35,530 nucleotides of DNA. Source: Cyanophora paradoxa CCMP329. Its lineage: Eukaryota; Plantae; Glaucophyta. The translations under genes were made by a program, and so were the position numbers. The stretch is from NCBI GenBank assembly GCA_004431415.1, contig QPMI01000094.1:1-35530 (forward strand). Reading direction: 5' to 3'. Shown here piece by piece: positions 12,783 to 23,762 of this stretch; the first letter of the stretch is position 1; every line of letters starts with the position of its first letter. Under the pieces are notes generated by a model. It was not told the origin of the DNA, did no database searches, and worked only from the letters and a program-made list of their open reading frames with translations.

Positions 12783-13305
12783 CAGTGATGAGTCTCTAAT
12801 TTATAATACAAAATAATACTCATTTATATAATTATTATAATAAACATTACTGTAATAGTCCCAGGGCGGCAGTTATCGATAACAATAAAATAACCGGGGG
12901 GGATACAGGCTACAAACACTCTAAACGCTGCGTAATTCATGCTTAGCAACGCCTACGTCAAAAAGAAACGATGCGCAGCAAGCTATAAGAGTCGTACAGC
13001 ATCTTTGGCGTTCCGGCAGGTCGCCCGCCCGCCCGTCCAGCCACGGGGGTACAGTGGGTACGGCGCCTCCCTCTGGTGAAACCACGGGAATTTAGATGTC
13101 TGCATTCTGAAATCCACAGTATAATAGCTTAGGCGATGTTCTTATCCCTTTTCTAACGTTTTCGAGCTGTTCTGTGAGGTGCGGGGGTGCCCTCTCTATG
13201 GAGCGTTATTTATAATACGCTAATCGTTATAATAATATTATATAACGTTAGTGTAATATTATAATAAAAGAGCGGATTTTGGTCTAATCTGTAATCCCAT
13301 CACTG
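12783..13305. mobile_element. Non-autonomous hAT-like DNA transposon (MITE-like), 523 bp
   Basis: Terminal inverted repeats CAGTGATG...CATCACTG. Identical 8-bp flanks GTCCCGGA at 12775-12782 and 13306-13313. AT-rich TATAAT/ATTATA subterminal repeats at both ends and no ORF. An 8-bp TSD with CAG-start TIRs is typical of hAT. Confidence 0.8.
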
Positions 13306-13544
13306 GTCCCGGAGTCCCGGACCCCGGTCCCCGCGGCCGACTCCCCGGGTGACGGGTCCTCAACGATCCGGGATCACGTTGCTGAATGCTGATCATGATT
13401 CCGATGATTCATGAATCATGAGATTCATGACTCATTGCTGACTGGGTCGACCAACTTGGCAACGTTTCAAGTTTCAACGCGGTCAACTTGGGTCAACCCG
13501 GTCAAGCGACGGACCCGCCGACGGTTACTAAGTTACCGAGTCAA

Positions 13545-13653
13545 TCAACCTCTGGTCTCAATTCTGAGCGAAGCGAAGAAGAGACCAGAGGTTCTACTAT
13601 CAGCCTCTGGTCTCAATTCTGACCGAAGGGAAGAAGAGACCAGAGGCTCTAGT
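13545..13653 (+). repeat. Two tandem 55-bp hairpin units resembling Helitron/Helentron termini
   Basis: 13-bp perfect stems AACCTCTGGTCTC/GAGACCAGAGGTT (13547-13593) and AGCCTCTGGTCTC/GAGACCAGAGGCT (13602-13648). Loops carry GCGAAGC and CCGAAGG mini-hairpins. Each unit is preceded by ATC and followed by CTACT or CTAGT. Confidence 0.75.
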
Positions 13654-13719
13654 ATCCACTTTTGACCCACAAATCGAGGTTCCTCTCGAGGTTTTGGGTA
13701 TTAGGTATGCTATGGATCG

Positions 13720-13802
13720 CTGTTAAAGATTCCGTGATGTCATTATGACGTCATTATGACAATGACCGATTGTTAAAAGATTCGGTGATGTCATTATGAC
13801 GA
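13720..13802. repeat. Short direct repeats built on the near-palindrome GTCATTATGAC (possible subterminal repeats)
   Basis: TGTTAAA(A)GATTC(C/G)GTGATGTCATTATGACG occurs twice and GTCATTATGAC three times. Confidence 0.7.
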
Positions 13803-14080
13803 TCAATAAGTGTTAATAGATTCTGTCAGCTGACTGTGGTAGGGTACGGTGATATTGTGAAGCTCTGCAGCCTCTTACTGGGCTTGGTGGTGAACAGGCG
13901 GCATCGCTGGCCGGCGGTCGCGATCGTTCGCGATCGCGCATCGGGTTCATTAGAAATACGTATCCCACATTGCGGTCCGCCACATACCCCTCTGCGCTTG
14001 TCATCGTGCAGCTGAGGTGCTCTGCCGCTTCAACTGTTGCGCGCGTGTCGCCGACGCTTGCCGTCGCTTTCCCGGTATCG

Positions 14081-16120
14081 ATGGCATCGTCGGAACGGCC
14101 GGCAAGTCGGGAAGTGCCGGCAGTTCCCGTGCTGTGTGGGTGCCGGCCCGGGGCTGGCGTTCAATGCGCCCCTTGCGTGGGCCGCATCCTGCAGCAGACG
14201 TTCCCTGAAGGCGCCGCTACACCCGTCGATGACCTCGTTGCCGGGCTGTATCGGAGCGCGGTTCGTCCTGTCAGTGTTTTGCGCCGTCGTACGCGCGCGT
14301 TTCCTCCGTAATCGTATACGTATTTCGTGCCGCAGTTAGTGCTCGCACGCGATGATCAGAGCCGCGTCGTTGAGTGGCCAGTGGCCGACTCTGCGCTCCT
14401 CTTACTGTGCCACGCCGTCACTTGTATCTCTGCCCTTTCAGCGGAGGATCGGGCCAAAGTCATCGCTTTGGCTGCCGCGGACCAGGTGCTTTCCGCCCGT
14501 TCGTCTCTTTTTGGAGATGGCACGGCCTGATCGAGAACGTGGATACTGATTTGCAGCGGATTTCTAGGATGCTCACCGCCGCTAACATCGATCTCGCGAA
14601 TATCGATGTCGACGAAATTGGGCAGAGATATGAGGTGTGCATGTACGATTGCCTTTTCATAGATCCGCGGCCAGCCATATCATGATACCTGCCTCTCCGA
14701 TGTCACAGAGCGAGTTGACGGAGTTTGCAAGTGCTGATTCCGCCGCCCGGATGGCCTTTGATCCTGGTCAAATCTATGAACATTGCCAGTTTCTGGCTGA
14801 GGTCCAGCTAACGCGGTACAACTTCAAGAGCGCGGGGAATGTCGCACTGGTGGGTTTTTTGTGCCTGTTATTTGCGCATTCGCCCCCCTCGTTCTCTGTT
14901 GATCGCCTGAACCTTGCAGGTTGGCATGTCCTTTCAGCAGACGATCCTCAAGCTGAATTCAAGCATTCCGTCGTACCCCGTTCTTCATTATACCCTGGCG
15001 CTGTCCCGGCTGGAGCAGGGGGATATCTCCGGTGCTACGTATTGGGCTGAGGCGCGGGGAAGCTGCTTGCTCTGTCTTTCGCGTGGCGCGTTACTAGTTG
15101 CTGACTTAGAGCGTGCAGGCCGCATTCAAGCTTATCAGGGACACCGACGCGACCGAAAGCAAGCGCTGCTGTGTATGGGATCACTTGTTCATTAAGGTAG
15201 AGTGCCTGATCCGGCGACTGGCACTTTTGTCTGATGAGGTTCTCCGCTATTGCGAGGTTAGCAACCTCTTCATTCTCTATCTAGAATATGCATTCCCTCC
15301 CTAGGATATGCATTGTTGATTAACCGGCAGCTGCTGTGGTGGATCTCTGAGCGGTGTTGCGGGTCCTGCCTACTGTCGCAATACCGTCTCGAGCGAGCTG
15401 CTTCCACTCTTGGCACTATGTTCATGTGGGTGGAGCGGTCGAGCGACGCAAGCAACGTCTACCAAGTTAGTGTGGCTCACGTGCATTGCTTTCGCTTCTT
15501 CTTTGACACGGGGCTGATTTGCAGAAATTCGTGATGCTCACCGAGGAGAAAATCGGCAAGCATACTGTGCACTATGTAAGGGCACTCATGCATGGTGCTG
15601 CTTTCAACGAGAAGGTTCTCAAGCGCATCGACAGAGCCCAGTCGCTTACCAAGGTGCATAATTGCCTTGGCTGATGTAGTCGGGGCGTGCAATGTGGCTG
15701 TAATTGAACTCGCGCAGATAGCGATACTGATCGCAGCCGACGTCGACCGGAACCTGTTAACCTTCCGCGAGAACGGACGGGTGTGTCACGGTGCTCTCGC
15801 GATAATAACGTGCCTCGTTCGCTGATGTTGCCTTGCCATGGATATTCTCACTGTGTCTATCTGGTAGATTGCGCGACTCTACGTGAACCTTTCGGATTAC
15901 AATCTTCTACCGGTCGAACAAGTTCGTCGCCGTCAGGGGCAGTGCCCCCCTGTATAGGTCATACATAGGGTTCCGGAGTGCATCGACTGTCCTCTTTCTT
16001 CCCCCACTTCCCTGAACTGGGCTTGTTTTTATATGCTGTCCATTGAATGGACGTGATTGAGCGTCTGTATGTGCTCGTGTACAGCAGTTCGCTGAATTTA
16101 GGGACTTTTGCATCCAGTGA
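14081..16120 (+). CDS. Multi-exon TPR-like alpha-helical repeat protein
   Basis: Spliced exons give HYTLALSRLEQGDISGATYWAE|AAFKL and AASTLGTMFMWVERSSDASNVYQ|KFVMLTEEKIGKHTVHYVRALMH, matching TPR spacing. Most junctions are phase 0 GT-AG. One junction near 15,260-15,305 and the 3' end are unresolved. Confidence 0.55.
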
Positions 16121-16491
16121 CGTTAGCTGGTTGCCTCTGGTTCGCCCTCCGTGTCCCTGCCTTGTTGTTCGAGTGCCTACTGTGCTTTCCGCGTCCCACC
16201 TCGCGCTCGATGGGTGGTGCCGCTATTCTGCTTCCTTCCGGGCAATGAACGGTCGTTTGTCTCGTGCGGCATCTACGGCATGCAGACACGCTGAATGCTG
16301 CAATGAGCTCACGCGTATACGTATGTATACGCGAATGCGGGGAACCGACTTGATTATCTGTGTACCCGGCACTTCGTTCACCGGCCCTCGTTGTCACTGT
16401 TCGGCGCTCGTTGTCCGTTTTTGAGCCGCTGCTGGTTGATGCGATCGGGCGGGCGCTTCTTCACCATCTGCCGTATTGTCCCTGCCGTGTG

Positions 16492-17583
16492 ATGCCTCCC
16501 AAGAGACGGTGTGTAACCGTAGCGGTTTCAAGCACTTTCGTCAATGTGATCTGATCGCCGAGCCGTAGCTCATCTGTTTTGAACTCGGCCGGACGCGAGG
16601 CTGCCGTCTCTGTTCCGGCTGAGGGCTACGGGGCAACTGACGAGCGTGTTGACGTGTGTCCCTTTTTGCGTCTGCCGCTGGGTGTCTTTATTCTTGACGC
16701 ACGTTTGCCTAGGGGATGGAGAATGCGCGTGGAACTCCAACTGCGAAGCGCGGCAAGGGGAATCAAGCGCGGCAGAGGACGACCAGCCGGCCGCATTCAG
16801 AACAGACAGTCCCATCCTCCAAGGATTGGCTAACGGTGAAAGCGTAATGATTGCGTTGGTTATGGTTTTTCTAGCTTCGTGTGCTGACATGAGACGCGCA
16901 GGACGTTCACGTTGCCTGCACGACATCTGGGGCTCTCAAGTCCAAGAAGTACAATCACTTGCTTCAGCGCGTGATGCTCGCCTACCCGATGCACGAGCAG
17001 CTGCTCCTGCAGTCTCTACGCAGCCTGAATACTCCAGATAGAGCGGCGAACCTTATGTTGAATGGTGGTAGTGCTGTGTGCTTTTCGTGTCCTGTTACTA
17101 CAGGGGACAACGTTGATCCCGCGGATTTGGAGAGCATTTTTGCCTGATGTCCGTAATGAAGGAGTTGAAGCAAATTCGCTGGTTCGATTCGAAAGGAGAC
17201 GGCATGCCGGAAGAGCTAGAGGTAGAGCTACATCGTCTTTTCCCAGATTATATCTGCACTCTTGTAGTTCCACCTGGCTTCAAGCTGCAGACTGGAGTGA
17301 TTAATTGCGGCGATTGGGTTTGTGTCTGCTTCGAAGCTACTTTGGAGGAGCTTGATATTGGCATGAGCTCGCCTGTCTGGCCTGCTGCAGTCGATTGGAT
17401 TGCACTCGATATTGCGAACTTCAGCGTTGAGGAGATGACGAAGGTCATGACGATATCAAGATCGAACCACACCTTTATTTCGCGCAAACGCAAGACTTCC
17501 ATCGCTCTGATGGAGGAGCAAGTTATGAAGTCCACGGACCAAGTTCCTGCGTTGGACTTTTCTGCATGTTCGTCCTGCCTATA
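16492..17583 (+). CDS. Multi-exon hypothetical protein with an N-terminal NLS-like MPPKRR and a possible PWWP-like motif
   Basis: Starts MPPKRR. Exons are bounded by GT/AG. A late exon has GDWVCVCF...SPVWPAAV, resembling the PWWP consensus GDLVW...PWWPA. Boundaries approximate. Confidence 0.4.
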
Positions 17584-17916
17584 GCGGTATATGTCTACTT
17601 TCCTGTTATCCCTTGGATGATGTTTTCATTGCGGCAGGTGTGATGCCCTCCACTATTTTTTCGTCGGACTAAACTTCTGGAAGCTTAAGGTCTGTGGCTG
17701 CATGACTGCCAGCGCCGCGGCGCTGCTCTCACTTCTGAGAAGCCAGCTAGTATTACACTTGTATTCGTACAATTTAGTTTGTCGGCCGCGGGGCGGGGCG
17801 TGGCGGGGCGGGGCGGGGCGGGGCGGGTCAGGGCGGCCACGGGGCAGGGCGGACGCTGGGTGGGGCGGGGCGGCCGCTGGGCGGGCCTGTGGGGGTGGCC
17901 GGTGCGGATAGTCCCG

Positions 17917-19110
17917 GCCGTCCCGGTCCAGCCGCGAAAGCGCCTCGAGTTGGGTTGCCTGCGCTCACCTAGTCGCGCGGGGCGCGGCGTCGAAGGGCGG
18001 GGAGGTGCGCACGAAGCGAGAGATGAGCCGCCGCTATGCCCCGGCCGCCGCCGGCGCGAGGACGCTGCGAGTTCACCTCACTGTGCCCGCCCCGTCGCGC
18101 GAGGCGCGGACGCGGAGAGCACAGTATGCACCCGCTGCGTCCGGGCCGCGCCCGCCGCGAAGGCGCCGCGACTCGGTGAGGCGAGCTACCTGCGCCCGTC
18201 CGGTCGCACAGGGCGCGGCGTGGAAGGGCGGGGAGGCCCGCACCAAGCGAGACATGGGCCGCCGCTGCACCCCGGCCGCCACGGCCCTGACGCGAAGGCG
18301 CCGCGAGTTGGGTCGCCTGCGTTCACCTCGTTGCGCGGGGCGCGGCGCTGAAGGTCGGGGAGGCGCGCACCAAGCAAGAGATGGGCCGCCGCTGCGTTCC
18401 TGCCGCCCCCGCCGCGCGGGCGTCGTGAGTCGAGACCCCTGCGCCCGCCCCGTCGCGCGAGGCGTGGCGCCGAAGTGCTTGGAGGCCCGCACCAAGTAAG
18501 AGATGGTCCGCCGCTAGCACTGCGCCCTGCGAGGCGGGTCGACTGCGCTCGGCTTGTCGCGCGGGGCGCGGCGGTGAATGGCGGGGAGGCGCGCACGAAG
18601 CTATAGATGGGCCGCCGCTGCGTCCCGGTCGCCCCCGCCGCGAAGGCACCGCGAGTAGAGCTACCTGCGCCCGCCCCGTCGCGCAGGGCGCGGCGGGGAA
18701 GGGCGGGGAGGTTCGCACCAAGCGAGACATGGCCCGCCGCTGCACCCCGGGCGCCCCTGCCCTGTCGCGAAGGCGCTGCGGGTCGGGTCGCCTGCCCTCA
18801 CCTCGTCGTGCGGGGCGCGGCGCTTAAGGGCGGGGAGGCGCGCACCAAGCGAGAGATGTGCCGCCGCTTCGTTCCGGCCGCCCATGCCGCGCGGGCGTCC
18901 TGAGTCGAGATCCATGCGCCCGCTCCGTCGCGCGAGGCGCGGCGCCGCAGTGCGGGGAGGCCCGCACCAAGTAAGAGATGGGCTGCCGCTGCGCCCTGCG
19001 AGTGGGGTTGCCTGCGCTCTGCTTGTCGCGCGGGGCGCGGTGGCGAAGGTTGGGGAGGCGCGCACCATGCGAGAGATGACCCGGCGCTGCGCTCCAGGCG
19101 GCTTACTATA
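17917..19110. repeat. GC-rich satellite A, copy 1 (~120-bp degenerate units)
   Basis: Core GGGGAGGCGCGCACCAAGCGAGAGATGGGCCGCCGCTGC recurs at about 18000, 18230, 18358, 18480, 18583, 18706, 18832, 18954 and 19053. Confidence 0.9.
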
Positions 19111-19172
19111 TTCTAGTCCATGTCCTAGCTAACGAACTTTGTACCGTGGACTGAAAGCAAGATGGCGAATAA

Positions 19173-19298
19173 GACCCACTCCCTGGATTCGAACCAGGGT
19201 CTATGCGATGTGAGCAGCCGTTCCGGACGGCTGGTCTAGATCTTCGGGTACCGAATATCCAAGCTTCCGCCCGAACCATTTGGCCGTTGTCGCCGGTC
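19173..19298 (-). ncRNA. tRNA-derived / SINE-like element with Pol III-type boxes (not a canonical tRNA)
   Basis: Minus strand has a perfect T-arm CCTGG-TTCGAAT-CCAGG (B box) and an A-box-like CGGCCAAATGG. Ends GACC...GGTC can pair. Two extra internal hairpins and no canonical anticodon arm. Confidence 0.5.
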
Positions 19299-19561
19299 AT
19301 TTCTCTTCGGGCGGCCTACGTTAGTAGTCCATGTCCTAGGTAATGAACTGGTAGTTATTTAGCCTCTGCTAAACAATCAGGGTGTGCGCCCGCAAGGAAT
19401 CTATGTATCTACTAGACCGCCGCCAGGGCTGTGGCCCCGCTGCCGTGCTTGCAGCTGCGAACTTCAGGGCTTGGCCTCTGCTTGCAGCTGCGGACTTGGC
19501 CTCTGTGACCGCCGCCGACGCACTCTAGCTTGGGATTTTTGTTCTCAATTGCTATCCTCCT

Positions 19562-20488
19562 GCCGTCCCGGTCCAGTCGCGAAGGCGCCTCGAGTTGGGT
19601 TGCCTGCGCTCACCTAGTCGCGCGGGGCGCGGCGTCGAAGGGCGGGGAGGTGCGCACGAAGCGAGAGATGAGCCGCCGCTATGTCCCGGCCGCCGCCGCC
19701 GCGAGGACGCTGCGAGTTTACCTCCCTGCGCCCGCCCCGTCGCGCGAGGCACGGACGCGGAGAGCACAGTAGGCACGCCCCCGCCGCGCGGGCGTCGTGA
19801 GTCGAGACCCCTGCGTCCGCCCCGTCGCGCGAGGCGCGGTGTCGAAGTGCGGGGAGGCGGGCACCAAGCGAGAGATGGGCCGCCGCTGCGTTCCGGCCGC
19901 CGCCGCCGCGCGGGCGTCGTGAGTCGAGATCCCTGCGCCCGCCCCGTCGCGAGGCGCGGCGACGAAGTGCTTGGAGGCCCGCACCAAGTAAGAGATGGTC
20001 CGCCGCTAGCACTGCGCCCTGCGAGGCGGGTCGACTGCGCTCGGCTTGTCGCGCGGGGCGCGGCGGTGAAGGGCGGGGAGGCGCGCACGAAGCTATAGAT
20101 GGGCCGCCGCTGCGTCCTGGTCGCCCCCGCCGCGAAGGCGCCGTGAGTAGAGCTACCTGCGCCCGCCCCGTCGCGCAGGGCGCGGCGGGGAAGGGCGGGG
20201 AGGTTCGCACCAAGCGAGACATTGCCCGCCGCTGCACCCCGGGCGCCCCGGCCCTGGCGCGAAGGCGCTGCGAGTCGGGCCCTCACCTGTCGTGCGGGGC
20301 GCGGCGCTGAAGGGCGGGGAGGCGCGCACCAAGCGAGAGATGACCCGCCGCTGCGCCCCGGGCGGCTTACTATATTCTAGTCCATGTCCTAGCTAACGAA
20401 CTTGAATAAGACTCACTCTCTGGATTCGAACCAGGGTCTATGCGATGTGAGCAGCCGTCCGGGACGGCTGGTCTAGATCTACGGGTAC
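19562..20488. repeat. Second copy of satellite A plus a truncated tRNA-like element (tandem segmental duplication of ~17917-19250)
   Basis: Same start (GCCGTCCCGGTCCAG.CGCGAA.GCGCCTCGAGTTGGGTTGCC) and same tail (GGCGGCTTACTATATTCTAGTCCATGTCCTAGCTAACGAACTT...TGGATTCGAACCAGGGTCTATGCG) as copy 1, with fewer units. Confidence 0.9.
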
Positions 20489-21744
20489 TGCATATTGACG
20501 GGCCCGGCCTGCCGGTCAGCTGGTCGTTGATATTGACGCGGCCGCGCAGTTGCTCGGCCACAGGTACGGTCCGCGCTTTTATGTCATCGTGAGAGCCTCA
20601 TGGCTGAGCTTCCGAAGGAATGTGTCGGGTGGGATGGTGCTAGGGATCCATGCCGGTGCGACAAGAATGAGCGATGAGCTCATTGTTCATCTGGACCGCG
20701 GTTTACCGTGCGTGCCTTCCTCCGCGCATGGGTTGTGCTTGTCTTTCTAACATGGAGTGCTTTCTTCTTCCGCGCGAAGCTATTGTGAGCGGACTACGAT
20801 GGCATGGCGATTACAGGTTGACCGCGTCGACGTCCCGTCGTGGGTGTCGCCCTCACGGGCAACGACAGATGGATGACCACGCGGGGTCGTCGCATCCTAG
20901 TTATAGTCTACGGCGAACACGGCTCAAGAATGAGTGCCACCGTGCGCCCCGTTTTCTGCGCATGTGCAGTGTTGATTCCGCTAACATCGGTCGCCCAAGG
21001 TTTAGGCTGCTGCCCTCGCATGTTCCTGATCGCAGGTTCCAGTGGCCTTCAAGCGTCTTGTCTTTAAGCGTCTACCGTCGCTGCTGCCGCCTTCAAGCGA
21101 TCGCCGCTGTCTTCAAGCGTCGCCACCTTCCCCGCCTCCTTCGAGCGTCTCGCGTTGTGCTGCCCTTCCCCGCGCCTCCGCCCTTCCGCGTGGGGCCCGC
21201 GGCGGTGGCATGAGGGTGTGCCGACGGCCGCCTGCTCATGTTGGTCGAAGTGAGTCGAATGTTGTGTGATGTGCATGTTGTATTCTGTCACAGTGTTGCT
21301 ATTTTGTGGCATGTCTTATCTGTGTGGATGCCCGCGCGCGCCCTGCATTGCCCACATGGGAGCTGGAAAATCACGGTGGCCGTGTGATTGGGGGCAGCAT
21401 GTGCGAGGCGCCGGAAGGCGGGTGGGGCGGGGCGCCGGCGGGGTTCCGCGAGCATGGGCATTGAGGGCGGCCGGGGCGAGCTGATGACGTGCCTCTCAAT
21501 GCGGAGGACGCTGTCCTCTGTCCCCGGGGACCGCAGCTACAGCGGGTCTGCCGGGGCGGGGAGCCGGAATGCGTGGAAGGGGCGCAGGGGGGCCGTAGGG
21601 GTGGCGTTGGCGAGCCGATGACGTCTCCTTCGTCGTGTAGCACGCCGTCCTCGCCCTCCCTTGGACTGCCTCTGCGGGGAGCATGTTTGAGCGGGCGGGG
21701 CGATGGGGGGCCGTAATTGCTTGGCGCTGAAGGGTGGCGACGTC

Positions 21745-23762
21745 GGGGTACTGCGCGTCTCCCTGCGCAGCATGGCGGCGGGGCGGGGCGGGGCGGGCGG
21801 GGCGGGGTGGGGCGGGGCGGGGCGGCTCACGAAGCTGGGCGGGGCGAAGCTCGAGGCTGCTCGCCGAGCTGTCGCTTGACGCGGCGTGCAGAGGCCTTGC
21901 CTCCTGCGCGTCTCTCAGCGCTTCGCGGTGGCGGAGCGGGGTGGGTCGGGGCGGGGCGGCTCACGATCCCGGGCGGGGAGATGCTCGAGGCCGCTCGCCG
22001 AGCTGCCGCTCGACGCGGCGTGCGGAGGCCTTGCCTCCTGCGCGGCTCTCACCGCAGCATGGCGGCGGGACGGGGCGGGGCGGGGCGCGGCGGGGCGGGG
22101 TGGGGCGGGGCGGGGCGGCTCACGAAGCAGGGCGGAGCTCAGCTCGAGGCTGCTCGCCGAGCTGCCGCTCGACGCGGCGTGCAGAGGCCTTGCCTCCTGC
22201 GCGTATCTCAGGGCTTCGCGGCGGCGGAGCGGGGTGGGGCTGGGCGGGGCGACTCACGATCCCGGGCGGGGGGAAGCTCGAGGCCGGTCGCCGAGACCGG
22301 CAAGCGAGACATGGCCCGCCGCTGCAGAGGCCTTGCCTCCTGCGCGTCTCTCATCGCTTCGCGGCGGCGGAGTGGGGTGGGGCTGGGCGGGGCGGCTCAC
22401 GATCCCGGGCGGGGGGAAGCTCGAGGCCGGTCGCCGAGCTGCCGCTCGACGCGGCGTGCGGAGGCCTTGCATCCTGCGCGTCTCTCAGCGCAGCATCCTG
22501 ATCCTCCTCCTGTAGATGGGTGTAGGCGTCCGGATTCTTCATGATCAGCGACCTCGTGACGAAGCCGGGCGGGGCGAGGCTCGATGCCGTTCGCCGAGCT
22601 GCCGCTCGACGTGGCGTGCAGCTGTCTTGTCTCCTGCTTGTCTTTCGGCGCGGCATGGTGGCGGGGTGGGGCGGGGCGGGGGGGGGCGGGGCGGGGCGGC
22701 TCACGAAGCCGGGCGGGGTGAATCTCGAGGCCGCTCGCCGAGCTGCCGCTCGGCTCGTCGTGCAGAGTCCTTGTTTCCTGCGCGTCTCTCAGCGCAGCAT
22801 GGCGGCGGAGCGGGGCGGAGTGGGGCGGGGCGGCTCACGAGCCCGGTCGGGGGAAGCTCGAGGCCGCTCGCCGAGCGGCTGCTTGAAGCGGCGTGCGGAG
22901 GCTTGCCTCCTGCTTGTCTCTCAGCGCAGCATGGCGGCGGGACGGGGCCGGGGCGGGGCGCGGCGGGGCGGCTCACGAAGCCGGGCGGGGCGAAGCTCGA
23001 GGCCGCTCGCCGAGTTGCCGCTCGACGCGGCGTGCGGAGGCCTTGCCTCCTGCGCGTCTCTCAGCTCAGTATGTCGGCGGGTCGGGGCGGGGCGGGGCGG
23101 GGCGGGGCGGGGCGGGGCGGGGCGGCTCACGAAGCCGGGCGGGGCGAAGCTCGAGGCCGCTCGCCGAGTTGCCGCTCGACGCGGCGTGCGGAGGCCTTGC
23201 CTCCTGCGCGTCTCTCAGCTCAGTATGGCGGCGGGTCGGGGCGGGGCGGGGCGGGGCGGTGCGGGGCGGGGCGGGGCTGCTCACTAAGCCGGGCGGGGCG
23301 AAGCTCGAGGCCGCTCGCCGAGTTGCCGCTCGACGCGGCGTGCGGAGGCCTTGCGCAGTGCTCCTGCTTGTCCCTCAGCGCAGCAGGCCGCTCGTCGAGC
23401 TGCCGCTCGACGTGGCGTGCAGAGGCCTTGCCTCGTGCACTTTTCGCATCGCAGCATGGCGTCGGGGCTGGGCGGGGCGGGGCGGGGCGGGTCGGCTTAC
23501 GCACCCGGGCAGGGGAAGCTCGAGGCCGCTCGCCGAGCTGCCGCTCGACGCGGCGTGCAGATCTAGATGCCTTGTCTCCTGCGCGTCTCTTTGCGCAGCA
23601 TGGCGGCGGGGCGGGGAGGGGCGGGGCGGGACGGGGCGGCTCACGAACTCTGTGCGGTGCGAAGCTCAAGGCTGCGCGCCGAAGGCTAGGCCGCTCGTCG
23701 AGCTGCCGCTCGACGCGACGTGCAGAGGCCTTGCCTCCTGCGTGGCTCTCAGCGCAGCATGG
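21745..23762. repeat. GC-rich satellite B (~14 units of ~120-150 bp) with variable (GGGGC)n tracts
   Basis: Unit (GGGGC)n-GGCTCACGAAGCCGGGCGGGGCGAAGCTCGAGGCCGCTCGCCGAGCTGCCGCTCGACGCGGCGTGCGGAGGCCTTGCCTCCTGCGCGTCTCTCAGCGCAGCATGGCGG repeated head to tail. Confidence 0.92.

Noticed and set aside
19173-19298. Functional tRNA gene
   Set aside because: Only the T-arm is canonical. There is no 7-bp acceptor stem or proper anticodon arm, and extra hairpins are present.
17917-23762. Regularly spaced repeats as a CRISPR array
   Set aside because: Inter-repeat segments are homologous to each other rather than unique spacers, there are no cas genes, and the context is eukaryotic.
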